Source of the DNA: Zancudomyces culisetae HAW-14-8
Taxonomy: Eukaryota > Fungi > Kickxellomycota
Assembly (NCBI GenBank): GCA_052426225.1
Contig: JBNJNM010000012.1
Coordinates: 248,001 to 312,000, forward strand
Reading direction: 5' to 3'
DNA: 64,000 nucleotides
A program made the translations under genes and the position numbers. Positions 23,062 to 35,000 of the stretch are shown here, in pieces. Within the stretch, counting starts at the first letter, position 1. Every line of letters starts with the position of its first letter. The notes beneath the pieces were generated by a model, which made no database searches, was not told where the DNA came from, and worked only from the letters and a program-made list of their open reading frames with translations.

Positions 23062-24885
23062 TTAATAAGATATACCATTTGGTGCCTCATTTTTTTTTGT
23101 CCAGAAACCAACATCTCCACCACTACCATAGTAAGTGTGGTAGTAGCGATTGTTTCCGCTGCTGCTATCGAGATCGCCTGTGGTGTTAATACCGCCTTTA
23201 AGAAGTTGATCTTTTTCTAATGTCAAAGATGGATCTGGACGTGATGTAAATAGCGTTTCAAAACCGGGAGAATATAATTTAGATGTCCATTCGCCAAAGT
23301 CAACGCTAGAAACGTATAGGTTATAATTCAAACATGCCAGAAAGGTTTTTTCAATTTTGTTGATCTCTTTTATTGGTAAGCGAGTAACATTTTCACTCCA
23401 AAAAGAGTTGGGGTTGGCTTTCTCCATGAGATATTTAGACGCACAAATTATCGAGGCAACGAACATCCGCCGACAGCAATTTTTGATGCATAACGATAGG
23501 GAAGAATAGTGCGTGTCTTTGTATTTTGGCGCCACTGTCGGAATATATGACTGGCCACAGCCTTTATAAATATTTTTGATTGGAGGCAGTTTAATTTCCG
23601 CAGAGCAAGGATGCAGGTTGGTATTAGATAAACCCTGGTGATATTGACCATTCCAGTATGAATTTTTATTATCTGCTGAATTTTCATTAAGGTAGCCAAC
23701 TTCGCAGCTGTTGCTAGCTATACGTTTCAACATGCCTGTTCCGCTGATATCTTTATCTCCAATACTATTGCAGTGTTCAAGATACGACATGTTGGATAAG
23801 TAGTTGCTGGGAATGGCACCTGAACTTCGTTCATCCTCGTTTAAATCAATGCTTCTACGAGTAACCCAATCTTTGCTATACGGCAACAGGTAATTTGTCA
23901 TGCTTTCCTGATTTTTGATGGTTTTCACATCAGTATCAGTATATCTTCTGGCTGACACATTGATTCTTGGTAAAGAGTATCTTGCTTGCTCTCTTGAAGG
24001 TATTGGTATTGTTCTTTTGAAAGGATCAATCTTACCTTCAATGAGTTCAACTGAGGAAATAGATGATTCGGGTGTTGAGTCAGTACCTCCTATTTTAAGG
24101 ACCTCCGTATAGTTTGTATTCGGCCTTCTTTGTTGTGGGGTATTTTGCGGAACAGAGAACATAGTGTGGTGTCCGAATTGGTCGGATTTTTCGCTATTGT
24201 ATTTTCTTGATATGGCCAGTCCTTTTGATTTTGCCAAATAATATAGTCCTAACTCCAAAGTTTTGCTGTCAATTTTAGACTTTCCCAATGTCTCATGTAT
24301 AAATATTCTTAAAGAGCACACTGTTCTGTATGCACGATTATTTTTGTTCTCACCGCTAAGTCCCTCATGCTCATCCTTATCACCCCACATTCTTTTTAGC
24401 ATTCTGTAGGCAATCTCGCATAACACCTTCATTTTTCTTTGCTCTTCTATGGCATCACAGCTAATTTTTTGTCTCTGGCCCATCTCTATTTTCACCAAAG
24501 TTGCAGCATAGCTGGACCCACCAAAAGACCCATGTTTATCTTCCCTATTTATCACATCTGTGTTTTTGCAAGGATCGACTTGCCCTTTATGGGTGCTACC
24601 GACGACGTTTCTTCCACCGCTTTTCGAACCAAAGATGAGGCTATCTGTTTTATTCCGCTTATGATTTTCAACCGAGTTTGCTTCATAACACTCGCTGGTA
24701 TATGTTCCTACTATACCTTGCTCGTTTTTTTTATAAACTTTTAACCTTGGTAAAATTTCGAAAGTATTTCTACGAGCAAGTTTGAGTTGAACGTTTTTCT
24801 CGTTGTTTTTTTCGTATACCTCTCTTTTTAGCTTTTTCAAGTAGTATACATTTTCTTCCTTTTCCAACTTCCGTTTGGATTCCAT
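23062..24885 (-). CDS. Pho85-type cyclin (Pcl/Clg1/Pas1-like) with a split cyclin box
   Basis: LRIFIHETLGKSK..TLELGLYYLAK, and later CCRRMFVASIICASKYL..NSFWS..LPIKEINKIEKTFLACLNYNLYV. Confidence 0.85.
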   Translation of the reverse strand: MESKRKLEKEENVYYLKKLKREVYEKNNEKNVQLKLARRNTFEILPRLKVYKKNEQGIVGTYTSECYEANSVENHKRNKTDSLIFGSKSGGRNVVGSTHKGQVDPCKNTDVINREDKHGSFGGSSYAATLVKIEMGQRQKISCDAIEEQRKMKVLCEIAYRMLKRMWGDKDEHEGLSGENKNNRAYRTVCSLRIFIHETLGKSKIDSKTLELGLYYLAKSKGLAISRKYNSEKSDQFGHHTMFSVPQNTPQQRRPNTNYTEVLKIGGTDSTPESSISSVELIEGKIDPFKRTIPIPSREQARYSLPRINVSARRYTDTDVKTIKNQESMTNYLLPYSKDWVTRRSIDLNEDERSSGAIPSNYLSNMSYLEHCNSIGDKDISGTGMLKRIASNSCEVGYLNENSADNKNSYWNGQYHQGLSNTNLHPCSAEIKLPPIKNIYKGCGQSYIPTVAPKYKDTHYSSLSLCIKNCCRRMFVASIICASKYLMEKANPNSFWSENVTRLPIKEINKIEKTFLACLNYNLYVSSVDFGEWTSKLYSPGFETLFTSRPDPSLTLEKDQLLKGGINTTGDLDSSSGNNRYYHTYYGSGGDVGFWTKKNEAPNGISY

Positions 24886-25574
24886 TGTTTTTTTATAAGT
24901 TGCGAGTTATTAAAGTTTTATTTCCCTTATGCATAAAGACAAAATATAAAGTTCGCTGAGAGTGATTTTTCTGTTTATTATGTATGTATCCTAGCCTGTT
25001 TTTTCGAGCTGTATAGCTTACTATGTCAGAGTAACTATGGATCCGTTTAATATTATCCACCGATCCTTTTGTTTTTTCCCTCTTTTCCTGGTATAAACTA
25101 TTATAATACACAGATGTGTTATTTATATATTATATATACATAGTGGGACAATATTGGATTATAAAGAACTCGATTTTTAGTATCAATTCAACTGGTTTGG
25201 CGTTAAGGGTTTTTTACATATATATATTTGTATGCATTTATGTACACGTGTATATAATTAGAGGCTTATAGGTATATTTTGCATGGGAACAATAAAGCAA
25301 ACACAACGATGAAAACGGGCACTGTAAGCAAGGTAAATGTTGCAAATATGCACAAATGTTGATATCCAGAATGGTTTAGTTATACGTCTTACTTTATCCT
25401 TCTCCTCTCCCATTTCTACTACTTCCAATTCCTCCCCTCTCCCCGCCTACAGAATTTTCGTTTATAAATAACCTCGTCTATAAAAGAGACATTTATCCTT
25501 TCATCCAAATATAATTTACAATTTTGAATACCAGAGATATAATCAACAAACCAAAAATCATGATGGTTATACAA

Positions 25575-25601
25575 ACACACACACACACACCCACACACCC
25601 A
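25575..25601 (+). repeat. (CA)n microsatellite
   Basis: acacacacacacacacccacacaccca. Confidence 0.85.
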
Positions 25602-28600
25602 CTCCTTCCCTCCGCTTTATTAGTGAGCATATCCACCAACCTTATCATTCTGTTTAGTACCCTGAATAAATAGCAGACTTCCGAAACAACAGATAAGTAC
25701 TATGAACTTCCGCCCACTTTTTACTTTTAAAAAAAAGATATTGCGTTTGATAACAGCGAATGTTTTACTATTAAGGTGTATATACTGTGAATAACTGAAT
25801 ACCAACGGATACCTACCTGAAAACACTTGTAGCGTTGCTATCTTATTCCATCTGTCCGGTATAGTCGCTTACTTTGATGACGTGCTGTTTTCACTAGTTG
25901 AACAAACCCGAGCCTCAAAATTCAAACCTCAAAACGCAAAATCCAACGAGAAACCTCAACGAGTATACTGATAAATACTTTTGTATAATGTTAGCTTGTG
26001 TATACATGTACATGTATATCTTTGCATATATTATTTAGTTGTATAATATACTTTTATAAACAAAAAGCAAAGGATATTATACCAGTGCCTAACATATCTG
26101 TTGAAGCACTATCTCTTATACCTTTTCCTATGTTTTATATTGATTTCCTTGCAAACTTTATTTGGCCTTTTGCTTCCTCGTTTTGGAGAAGAAAAAATAA
26201 GCTCTGAGTGAAAAGTGGGAACTCGTGTTTAGGTTGGCTTGTTTCTCTTAAGGGAAGTGTATAAACCAAATAATGAGTAAAAGTATTCAAGTAGCCTTGG
26301 TTTGTTCTTGTGATGCCTTTTTTTATGCGTGTCTCATTGTTCACTAAGTTAATGATTAAGCAAATTTAGCAAATTTCAGTATTTTAGAATGCAAGCGCAT
26401 TAGCAGACATTGGTATCTACAAAAACAGTTTTTGTGGTCACAAATGCACTAAAAAATACTACCAGTAAATGCTTAGTATTCGACCAATTATGGTAACTAT
26501 TTACTAGCTTTCTAGCCTAATTGGTTTTAATGAGGACCAATTCTAGAATATAATTAGCAGTTACCACTTTATTATTGAAGGCTATGAAGTTAATTAAAAA
26601 AACGAAAATTGGTTTGTAAACAGTAAAAACAATAACAGCACAAGAACAAACAGGGTTAGTTTGGTATCACAATACACTACACAAATTCAAACTAAGAGGT
26701 TCTTTGATTAAAGAGGAAGGGGTGGGGGGATTTTGCGAGAAAATGTTTTGTGACGACGCAGTGTCATGGCGATTCTTTCGCATTCCTTTTTAAGAACATT
26801 TGCATGAATACGAGAATTTGAAACCCTTTCCTTCATAGCCTTTTTTTTTCTGAGAATGTAAAAAGTCAAAGGAATATCCTGGAAAAATGGTCATGTATGG
26901 AATTTGGAGAAAGAACGAAAAATAAAAGTACCAATAAATAGTTTTTGCAAACTTTTTACTTGATAAAAGTCATGCTTCATTTTTGTGCCTTATAAATACT
27001 CGAACTTTACACTAAATATGTGTATAAAAACGTGAATATTCAACGAAGCATTTTTGGGCAAACACAAAAAGCCATGATTTTGTTTATCAGCTCATTCACT
27101 CATCACAACTTTCCAGATTTAACCATATATCTTTTTTTTTTGATTCTTGGAAACTTGGGCGTCCATATGAAAATGAGAGCAAGAATATAAGCAAAAACAA
27201 AAAAAACAAAGATTAAAAATTGAAATAAAATTGAAATAAAAAAAAATAATAAAAAATGGAAATTAAAATAATAAAAAATGGAAAAAAAAAGTAAAACAAC
27301 AATTAACTTCAGCTGTTTTGGAAATGGAGATTGTGCGGTTCCCTTTTACTCCTCTTGTATCTTCGTAGTTGTTGTTATTTTCCCTCATTCACGTAATCTC
27401 TCGTTTTTATTTTGTTTATGTTGGGTCAAATGATTTTTTCAACCCATTGAGTCAAATACATCTCCCTCCCCTCTTTCAAGCATCCCGCAGATTTATATTT
27501 TCCTTTGTGCTAGCACTGTACATAATCTGCGATCTATCGGAAAAACATCGCAGCAAGGAATAAATAGGTTCAACTTTGCAGCAAAAAAAAAAGGTTGGCC
27601 TTTTTTCTATTTCCCACTTGATACAAACAATTCAACCAAATGTGCATGTAGATTGCATTTCAGCTGGAGGATGTGAAAGTACACACATGTAAAATCACCA
27701 AAATCCACCGAACTTTTAGAAGAGCAGAAACAAGTTGCAGTGAAAAGATGGTGTAAAAGTTCTATTCTTGTGATTATAACCCTTCCTCGAGTCTGGGCTT
27801 TTATTAACGTAGAGTAGAAAACTGGTCATACATTTCAAGAATTGCTGTGTATACTAGGGAGTCTGCGCTCCAGATGTATCAATGATGTTATTTAGATAAT
27901 TCCAACTCAGTTATTTTTCAAAAGTATTGGTTAGGCCTTTTTTCTTTTTTTTTGTCCACCATAATTATGGGAAAAAAATGTAGACAAAAACAATGACGCA
28001 GGTATTGTGAAGCTGACAAGAAACAATCATATCATACATATCCTTTCACAAGTATAACCACAACTCAACACCTCTAGACGTTATAGAACACATTTAAAAG
28101 GCTAGGTTTTTTTTTCTGTGGTATGTATATCAGCCTATTTAAAGCTGTGTAGAATGTTTTAAACACCTGCGCAAATTGCGCCAATTAAATATATTCCAAT
28201 GATTGTGACAAAGAACCAACAACCTTAAATCATGTTGAGTTTTCACCCAGGTCACCTGAATAATCGTACCTGAACTTTCTATATGAGGTTATAAAGTCTA
28301 GTCCAAAATGCCTTGAACCCTTTCTATAACTTTTCTTTAAACGATGTCCCCTGGAGTTGACTAAATCAGGAAGACTAAAAAAATACTATGATGGCTAGTT
28401 TAGTACATAGTGGGAAGTGGTGTAGGGGGGTCATACTGGACAAAAAAAAACAACCTGTCAAGATAATGTAAGGTTTTAGAAAAGACAACATGCTAGACTA
28501 AATTCACCATAGACCTCCGCCTCTCTAGAATTCATGTACTTGATAACCACTATTCTAAGAGCAAATTTGGCCTACATCTGAAATGTTCGCGGTATTCGCT

Positions 28601-28742
28601 ACATATCAATATCATTAGCGACGCTGCCATTCCAGTGGTGGTTGCATGCACTAGAAAAGACGCTTTCACTCTCCATGCCACAAGATCTCACAAAACATCT
28701 AGACACTTTATTAAAGGTTCTATTAATAGAATTTAAAAGCCC

Positions 28743-28908
28743 GCGTTACAAGACCATCTGAGCCACACATGCACCGCTGCAGCACCCTTCTTCTCTGTGC
28801 CCAGCGCAGCTTATACCGTACGGTAGATTGGACTTGTAGCCCCATTCACACATGCCATGTGGCACATAGCTGTTCAAGCAGACATATCAAGTTATGGGAT
28901 AAACAATT
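28743..28908. ncRNA. Candidate structured non-coding RNA of unknown class
   Basis: GC-rich island (66 G+C in 120 nt at 28741-28860, hand count) with two long foldable stems and no recognisable coding frame. Confidence 0.3.
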
Positions 28909-29133
28909 TATTAGAATATAAAGCAAAAGTGGAGGACAAAAATCAATCAAAATACAACATAATTATATTAAAATCGCCTTTTGACCCGTTCTGCAAAATT
29001 GAACTAACTCAGGTACATTTGACAAAATATTTATAATATCTTTATCGTAAAATAGCTGATAATAGCCGTATTTTCCAAAAGATCAAACACATCTCCTAAA
29101 AACAACCAAATCTCGCTCTACAATACTCTTAAT

Positions 29134-29736
29134 TTAGGCTGATGCACTTTTGACTCCTATAAAATAAAATAAAATAAATCAAGTTGTTACAAGACATCCA
29201 AAATAGTTAAGAGTGAATGTAAATGATACATATAATCGCAAAGTGAAAACTAACCTTCACGGAAACCCCTCTTGAATCGAGCGTTGACGGTCTTCAAGTG
29301 GCGCATACGACCTGTTCCGGTGGTTCTTCTGCGCTTGGCCTTGACGGACCAGTTGAATGATCTAATTTTTGCTGATGGGTATCCGCATGAAGCACAAGTC
29401 TTCTTCTGGTTGTGGAATGACCGGCTACCACATCTTCGGCAGAGGCTGTGGGTTTTGTTGTGTCTTTTACCAAAGCTTGATGTTCCCTTTGTCTATTCGC
29501 AAAATATTCATTATTAATTGTAGTGAACATCTCGTTAAGGCAACGACAGCATTATATATCATATAATTGTAGCCATTTCATTTTTGAATCCGTCGATTCC
29601 AAGCAATTATCCGCCCTTGAATCGTTGGTATTTCATATTTAGCAAAATAAATCCAGGACAAGACTGAATGAATCTCGGACATCGCTCTTAAATAAATGTA
29701 TAGGCCTCGATTACGATTACAACAATTACTTACCAT
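29134..29736 (-). CDS. RPL37: 60S ribosomal protein L37 (eL37); 3 exons (ATG only; 29255-29492; 29134-29156)
   Basis: M|[79 protein letters not shown]|GVKSASA*. ATG is followed directly by GTAAGT. The correct frame is absent from the ORF track. Confidence 0.96.
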
Positions 29737-30045
29737 TTTCCTTTTCCGTTTATCTAACTATTTACTGTTAAAGATATAAAAAAATATATAGCTTTAATAA
29801 AGAGAATGATTATAATCTACAATTTTTTTTTACAAATTAAAGTCTTGCGCTAATTTTTTGGAGTATTTTTTTTTTTTTTTTTGGAAGAATTGAATCCATC
29901 AAGTACTAAATTCAACCACGATGATGATTGGCCTTTTATTCCTTCTCAATTTTTTTTTCGGCCTCAACAAAATAAAAGCTAATTTATTTATGAGAGCATG
30001 ATAGAAGAAGTGCTTAAAAACAATAAGTGAATTAACAAAACAACT

Positions 30046-31302
30046 ATGGAAATGGCAACTAGCAGCATTTCCACTTTATTACTTCAAGGCTGGGTAACAA
30101 GAACATAAATATTGTTTTGAATTTATGCCTGTGGTACTATTTATTATACTAACGAAAAAAGTTTAAAATGCTTAACTTTAGACTATGCTGGCAGATAGCT
30201 GTAAAGTGAACGGCTGTCACGTAAGTGTTTTTTTTAAATAATCGAACTCAATATCCCTTTTCATTATCATTATTCTATCTGATCTTTTTGTTTTATCTCT
30301 ATTCAGAATCCATTGATGAAGAATCCCAAATCAAAAGAAATTATATGTGTTACTCATGGTAAAGAGTACCAGAAAGTTGAATATCAACAAGAGAAGCCAA
30401 ATCTCGAGGCTAAATCTGAATCGGTAAAAAATGGTGTGTTTTTTATATTACTCTCCACTACTCGAGCATATCTTGTCTTGATAAAATTCCGAGTTGTCTA
30501 AATCTCGAGTTGAATTATCTTTTGGAATTTTGCTCCAACTGCTTATACCAAATAGACAATTTAAACACAACTGATTCTAAAAAGGAAAGAAAAAGGCAAT
30601 CAGATATTGCAGGTAAAGAAATCGGCAGACACCTGTTACTGGGCTGGACTATGCTCGACAAAGCATGCCCGAATGAGAACTGCTATGGTGTAAGTTTGTT
30701 TTTTTACATGGTGCACGTTTTCTTACCACAAACACTCGCATATTGGTGAAATAAAACAAGCGCACAAGTCGATTGCATATTTTTACTCGAAAAAAAGTAT
30801 GAGCATTTTTAATTTTCAACAGGGCAGAGTATCTATTAGGATTCTGATCTTGAACAACATTCCTATCTCATGTACTAACTAGATTCCGCTGGTAAAAAAC
30901 AAACAAAACATCGAAAAGTGCGTCGTCTGTGGGTCTAACTATGTAAATGAAGCTGATGCTGCTCATCTTAACTTAACTCCCAAACAACCTGCAAAAGCTG
31001 TTGACAGTACTGATCAACAAGCCGGCTATACAATTTTTGAAAAACATGAGCGTTCTAACGGTCCATCAACCGAAAAAGGTGACAGAAAAACCACTGGCCC
31101 AACAGATGGTCACGAATATACCTGCTCACGCACATCTAGTACGTGTAGAGTCGTGGTTGAGAGGACTACTCGTATATTAGAAAAAAAACTGAACTACCTC
31201 ACAGATGTTTTGGAGTCTACCACCGATCTCTCAAAGATTAGTGAAATTCTATCCTTAATTAATGATTGTGCATCTACTATTCAAAAAATATCTCAATTAT
31301 AG
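30046..31302 (+). CDS. SSSCA1/ZNRD2 (Auto_anti-p27) family protein with two zinc-ribbon repeats; 5 exons
   Basis: LLLQGW|TMLADSCKVNGCH|NPLMK..ICVTH and IGRHLLLGWTMLDKACPNENCYG|IPLVKNK..KCVVC, both matching the LLxGWxML..C..C..PL..CxxC pattern; C-terminal helical region; stop TAG at 31300-31302. Confidence 0.82.
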
Positions 31303-32070
31303 CTCCATTACCTCTAAATTATACCAAATACTGTAAAAGTTTAGAATGAATTAGTTTTATAAAGTTAATTTGATACCTCCCCACCCCTTTCTCGTACGCA
31401 CACTCAGTATACTTTTGAGTGTGTCATTTTTGTAAAACTACGTAAAAACATATTTGCTCTTGTATTAATTGCAACTCCAACATACTATTTTTCTAACCTT
31501 TTATTCCCAATTAAACCCCCCAAACAGCGGAGGTGATTGTTAATTTTCTGTATTGGCAGTAGGCCTTTATATTTAATGTCAGTGAAAGTACATCCAAGTA
31601 AAAACTGTACAAACTGTCAAAAGGGAAGCTAGTCATTAGAGTAAAACATAAATCTGAAGTAGCACTGAAAAGACGTTACTATGTATGATTCATCTTTTGA
31701 ACACAAAAATGGTAGAGTCTTGGCAAATATTGTATCCACGTGACTTTGTTTCTACAAGCAAATGCGCCCAATTAACCAAAAAATTAAAACAAAAAATACA
31801 CAAATTCTTGTAAATGTGATTGTAGGTGCGGAATGGAGCAATTGTTACTAGAAATAGCAACATGCTTACACAATATCAGTACTACACTTTCCCGTCCTGA
31901 CCAACTTTTAGTCTCTTTTACAGATAAAAAGTGAAAAAAATGTGTAGAAAGGAATGTATAAACGATTAAAATTAAATATAGCGAAATTTAAACTAGTTCT
32001 GTAATATATAAATCAAAGTATCTTTATTAGCCGGCAAGTAGAATTGACTGCAGAAAGAAGAGAAAAAACG

Positions 32071-35000
32071 ATGAAATTGAAATTCAAAACGAAAATGGGA
32101 ACAAAAAAAAAGATTTCAGTAAAAGCGCGCGTATACATAGTTTTAGTATTGCTAATCGCAATCACCATGTCGATTCGAGCTGAAAATGGCCCTGAAACTA
32201 TGGATACTAATGGTACAGGTGGTGTTAACAGAATAGCAATCCAAAAGATCAAAACAGAGTTAGAGGCAGAGAAATGGAAGCTCCAGGGTTTGATGGATAA
32301 ATACTTTGGAATAATACTAAGCCGAGGAGTTTCTAATATTGTGCTCAAAACCGTAGAGTACTCAACAAACATTATTTTGATGCTGTTGTATTTCCTGCTG
32401 CTATTGTCACGAGTATTTTTTGGAAGTGCTAAAATGGGAGCTATAACGGTTATTGTTGGCTCAATACTGATTTTTTCGATAATCAGAACTGTGTGGTTGC
32501 CAAGACATTATCAAAACAAAATAGTCGAATCTCAAAAAGTGGAAGTTCTGGGGTCGGTAAGCGACCCAATCCAATCAATGAACTTAGAACTTGAAGGACT
32601 TGAAGCGGAAGAAGAGCAAGAAGGGTACGAAATAAATGGCAGCTTTGGTATGTCCATAAACAATACTTTGTATGAGCATGGGCAAAAGTATTCTTCTCGT
32701 CGGAGTATGCCATTTAGAGCAAAAGGCGAACAAGATGAGTTTGGTAGTAGAATTAGTTCTGGCATAAGTTTTTTAGATACATTTCTAAAAAGCATCCAAA
32801 TTTTTGGGTATCTTGAGGATGCGGTGTTTTATGAGCTTTCTAGACAGCTTCAAACGCGGCGAGTTCTATTAGGTGAAAGGATTCGGAGTATAGAAGAGAA
32901 TAACGATTTTTGCGTAGTCGTTGAAGGCAACGTTAATGTTTATGCGACCAATAACGATTGGGTTAATAGCTTGAACTTGTTGCATGATGAAGATAATAGC
33001 GAGGACTATTATATTGGGGAAGGCGAGAAGTTGTATAGAGCCGGTACTAGCAATCCAGAAAGTCCAAGGAATGAAGTATCCGATGCAGAGAGCGTACAAG
33101 AAAGGGCATGTTTTGAAACAAAGGACAGCAAAGAGACAAAGCAACTTTTACGAAAGGTTGGGACCGGTAGCATATTAAGCAGTCTTCTTCAATTGTTACA
33201 GATATTTGTAGAACCGGCGTTGAGTGAAAAGAGTGAGTTTGATGGGTACACCAGAAAAAGATCATTTATTATAGGAATACCTACCGAAGATACAACTCTT
33301 GCGGTAATACCAGCAAAAGCATTCAAAAGGGTTAGAGACAGGTTTCCTCAAGCCGCAGCACAGATGGTACAGGTAATATTAACTAAACTACAAAGGGTTA
33401 CATTTGTAACGATGCAGGGGTATTTGAACATTGGGGAGGAAGTTGTTGATTTTGAACGGAAAATGTGTAAAAAAACAGTCCAAATTCTTGATAAAGACTA
33501 TTTGTCACCCAACATGTCGCTCGACAGTCTATCGACATTTGAAGAGATAAAAGATGGGCTAACAAAGCTGTGCGCTGAGGAGATAAAGGTAAGAGGAATG
33601 AAACAAAAAGAGGTTCAACGCGATGGAAAGCGTGCAGAAAAGCCCAAGTCTCGAACAAAAAATGCAGTTTGGAGCGATCTAGAAGGAAACTATGTTAAAG
33701 TAATGCGGGAAGGAATTCCTAGCAATTACACGACCCATAATAAGACAAACAGATTAAAACGGAGCAACGGTGTTATAACGCTTTCTGAAAAGCGCTTGGA
33801 GGCCCTTGGTAGAGCTCATGAGGAATTTTTAATTCATGAGAGTTACAACGAGAGTAATCAGAAATCATCAAAGGAATTGATGCTAGTTAAAGGCTCAACA
33901 GGTTTCGAGACACTCTCACATAAACCTGAATTGTCAAGTATATTTCAGGAACAAGAGCAAAAAAAAGAAAAAGATAAGAAGCACGAGGAAGAGAGGGAGA
34001 AAACTCCTTGGGCCGTACCCACTGTGTCTGATTTCAAGGATTTTAAAATGATTTGTATCCAAAAAATGGCAAAATCATTGGGCCTACATGTTGAAAATGA
34101 CCACTTTAGCGTTAGCGAATTAGAGGCTAAGAAAAATGTATCCGACTCGCGTCTTGAAACAAGTAATATACCTCGCACCACCAAAAACGGAACTGGGCAT
34201 AGAAAACCAAACAGTATGCACCAAGATACATGTATATTTCCAAAACTGCTGGGTACAAGGTCGGCTACAACTACGCCACCATTGAGCATTGGCACGAGGC
34301 GGGTTATCTCCGATATTGAACTCAAGGGGTTGTTTTCCGAGTTCCAGGTAATATACATGCCCAAAAACTGTACCGTAGTTGAGCGAGGACAAAAACCAGC
34401 TGGAATTTATATGGTATTTGACGGAACACTGGAAATATTGGAAGAAAACAATACAAACAATGATGGAAAATATCAGGAGTTTTGTACAAGTCGTCCAGAA
34501 GGAATGGTTGGTAGTTGGAGCTCAAATAATGAGCAGGATATTATTGAAAGGTCGGCGGAGGAAATGACAAGGCTAGCTTACAAAGTTCAAAAGGACCTGG
34601 AGGGGTTAAAGAACTATAACGAGCTTTATCTAACTTTGGAAACTAGCCATAGTTCAGATAAAAGCGAGAAACCAAAAGTAAGTCTATATTATTATTTTTC
34701 GGGAGTTATGAACTTAATTAAGATTACATGTTCATTTGGTATTTAATAATGGTTTTACTTTGTATACAAGTCATCAAATAATTGAATTAAAAAAATAAAA
34801 CTCTGAATAATAGGGACAAAATGGTGGTACGACCACAAACAAGACTGTATCTAGTGAATATCTGGACCCTAAGAGAGGTAAAAGTTTGGGAACTCAAACA
34901 GATACTAAACCTAAATCCAGTTCCAACTCCAATACCCAAACTCATGCCCGCACTCACATCAAAGCAAAAGCGACCTCACCGAGATCTTTTTTAGATGATG

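Noticed and set aside
22865-23189. Repeat-peptide ORFs (PIPIP, MGIGMG, HTYTHT)
   Set aside because: Translations of a hexamer microsatellite.
26734-26782. Imperfect hairpin TGCGAGA..TGAC/GTCA..TTTCGCA
   Set aside because: Relies on many G-U pairs and mismatches; compatible with chance.
28788-28798. ACAGAGAAGA (minus strand) as a U6 ACAGAGA box
   Set aside because: Not followed by TTAGCATGG or any other U6/U6atac sequence.
31888-31906. TTTCCCGTCCTGACCAACT resembles part of fungal 5S rRNA
   Set aside because: Only a short imperfect match; the flanks do not continue the 5S sequence or structure.
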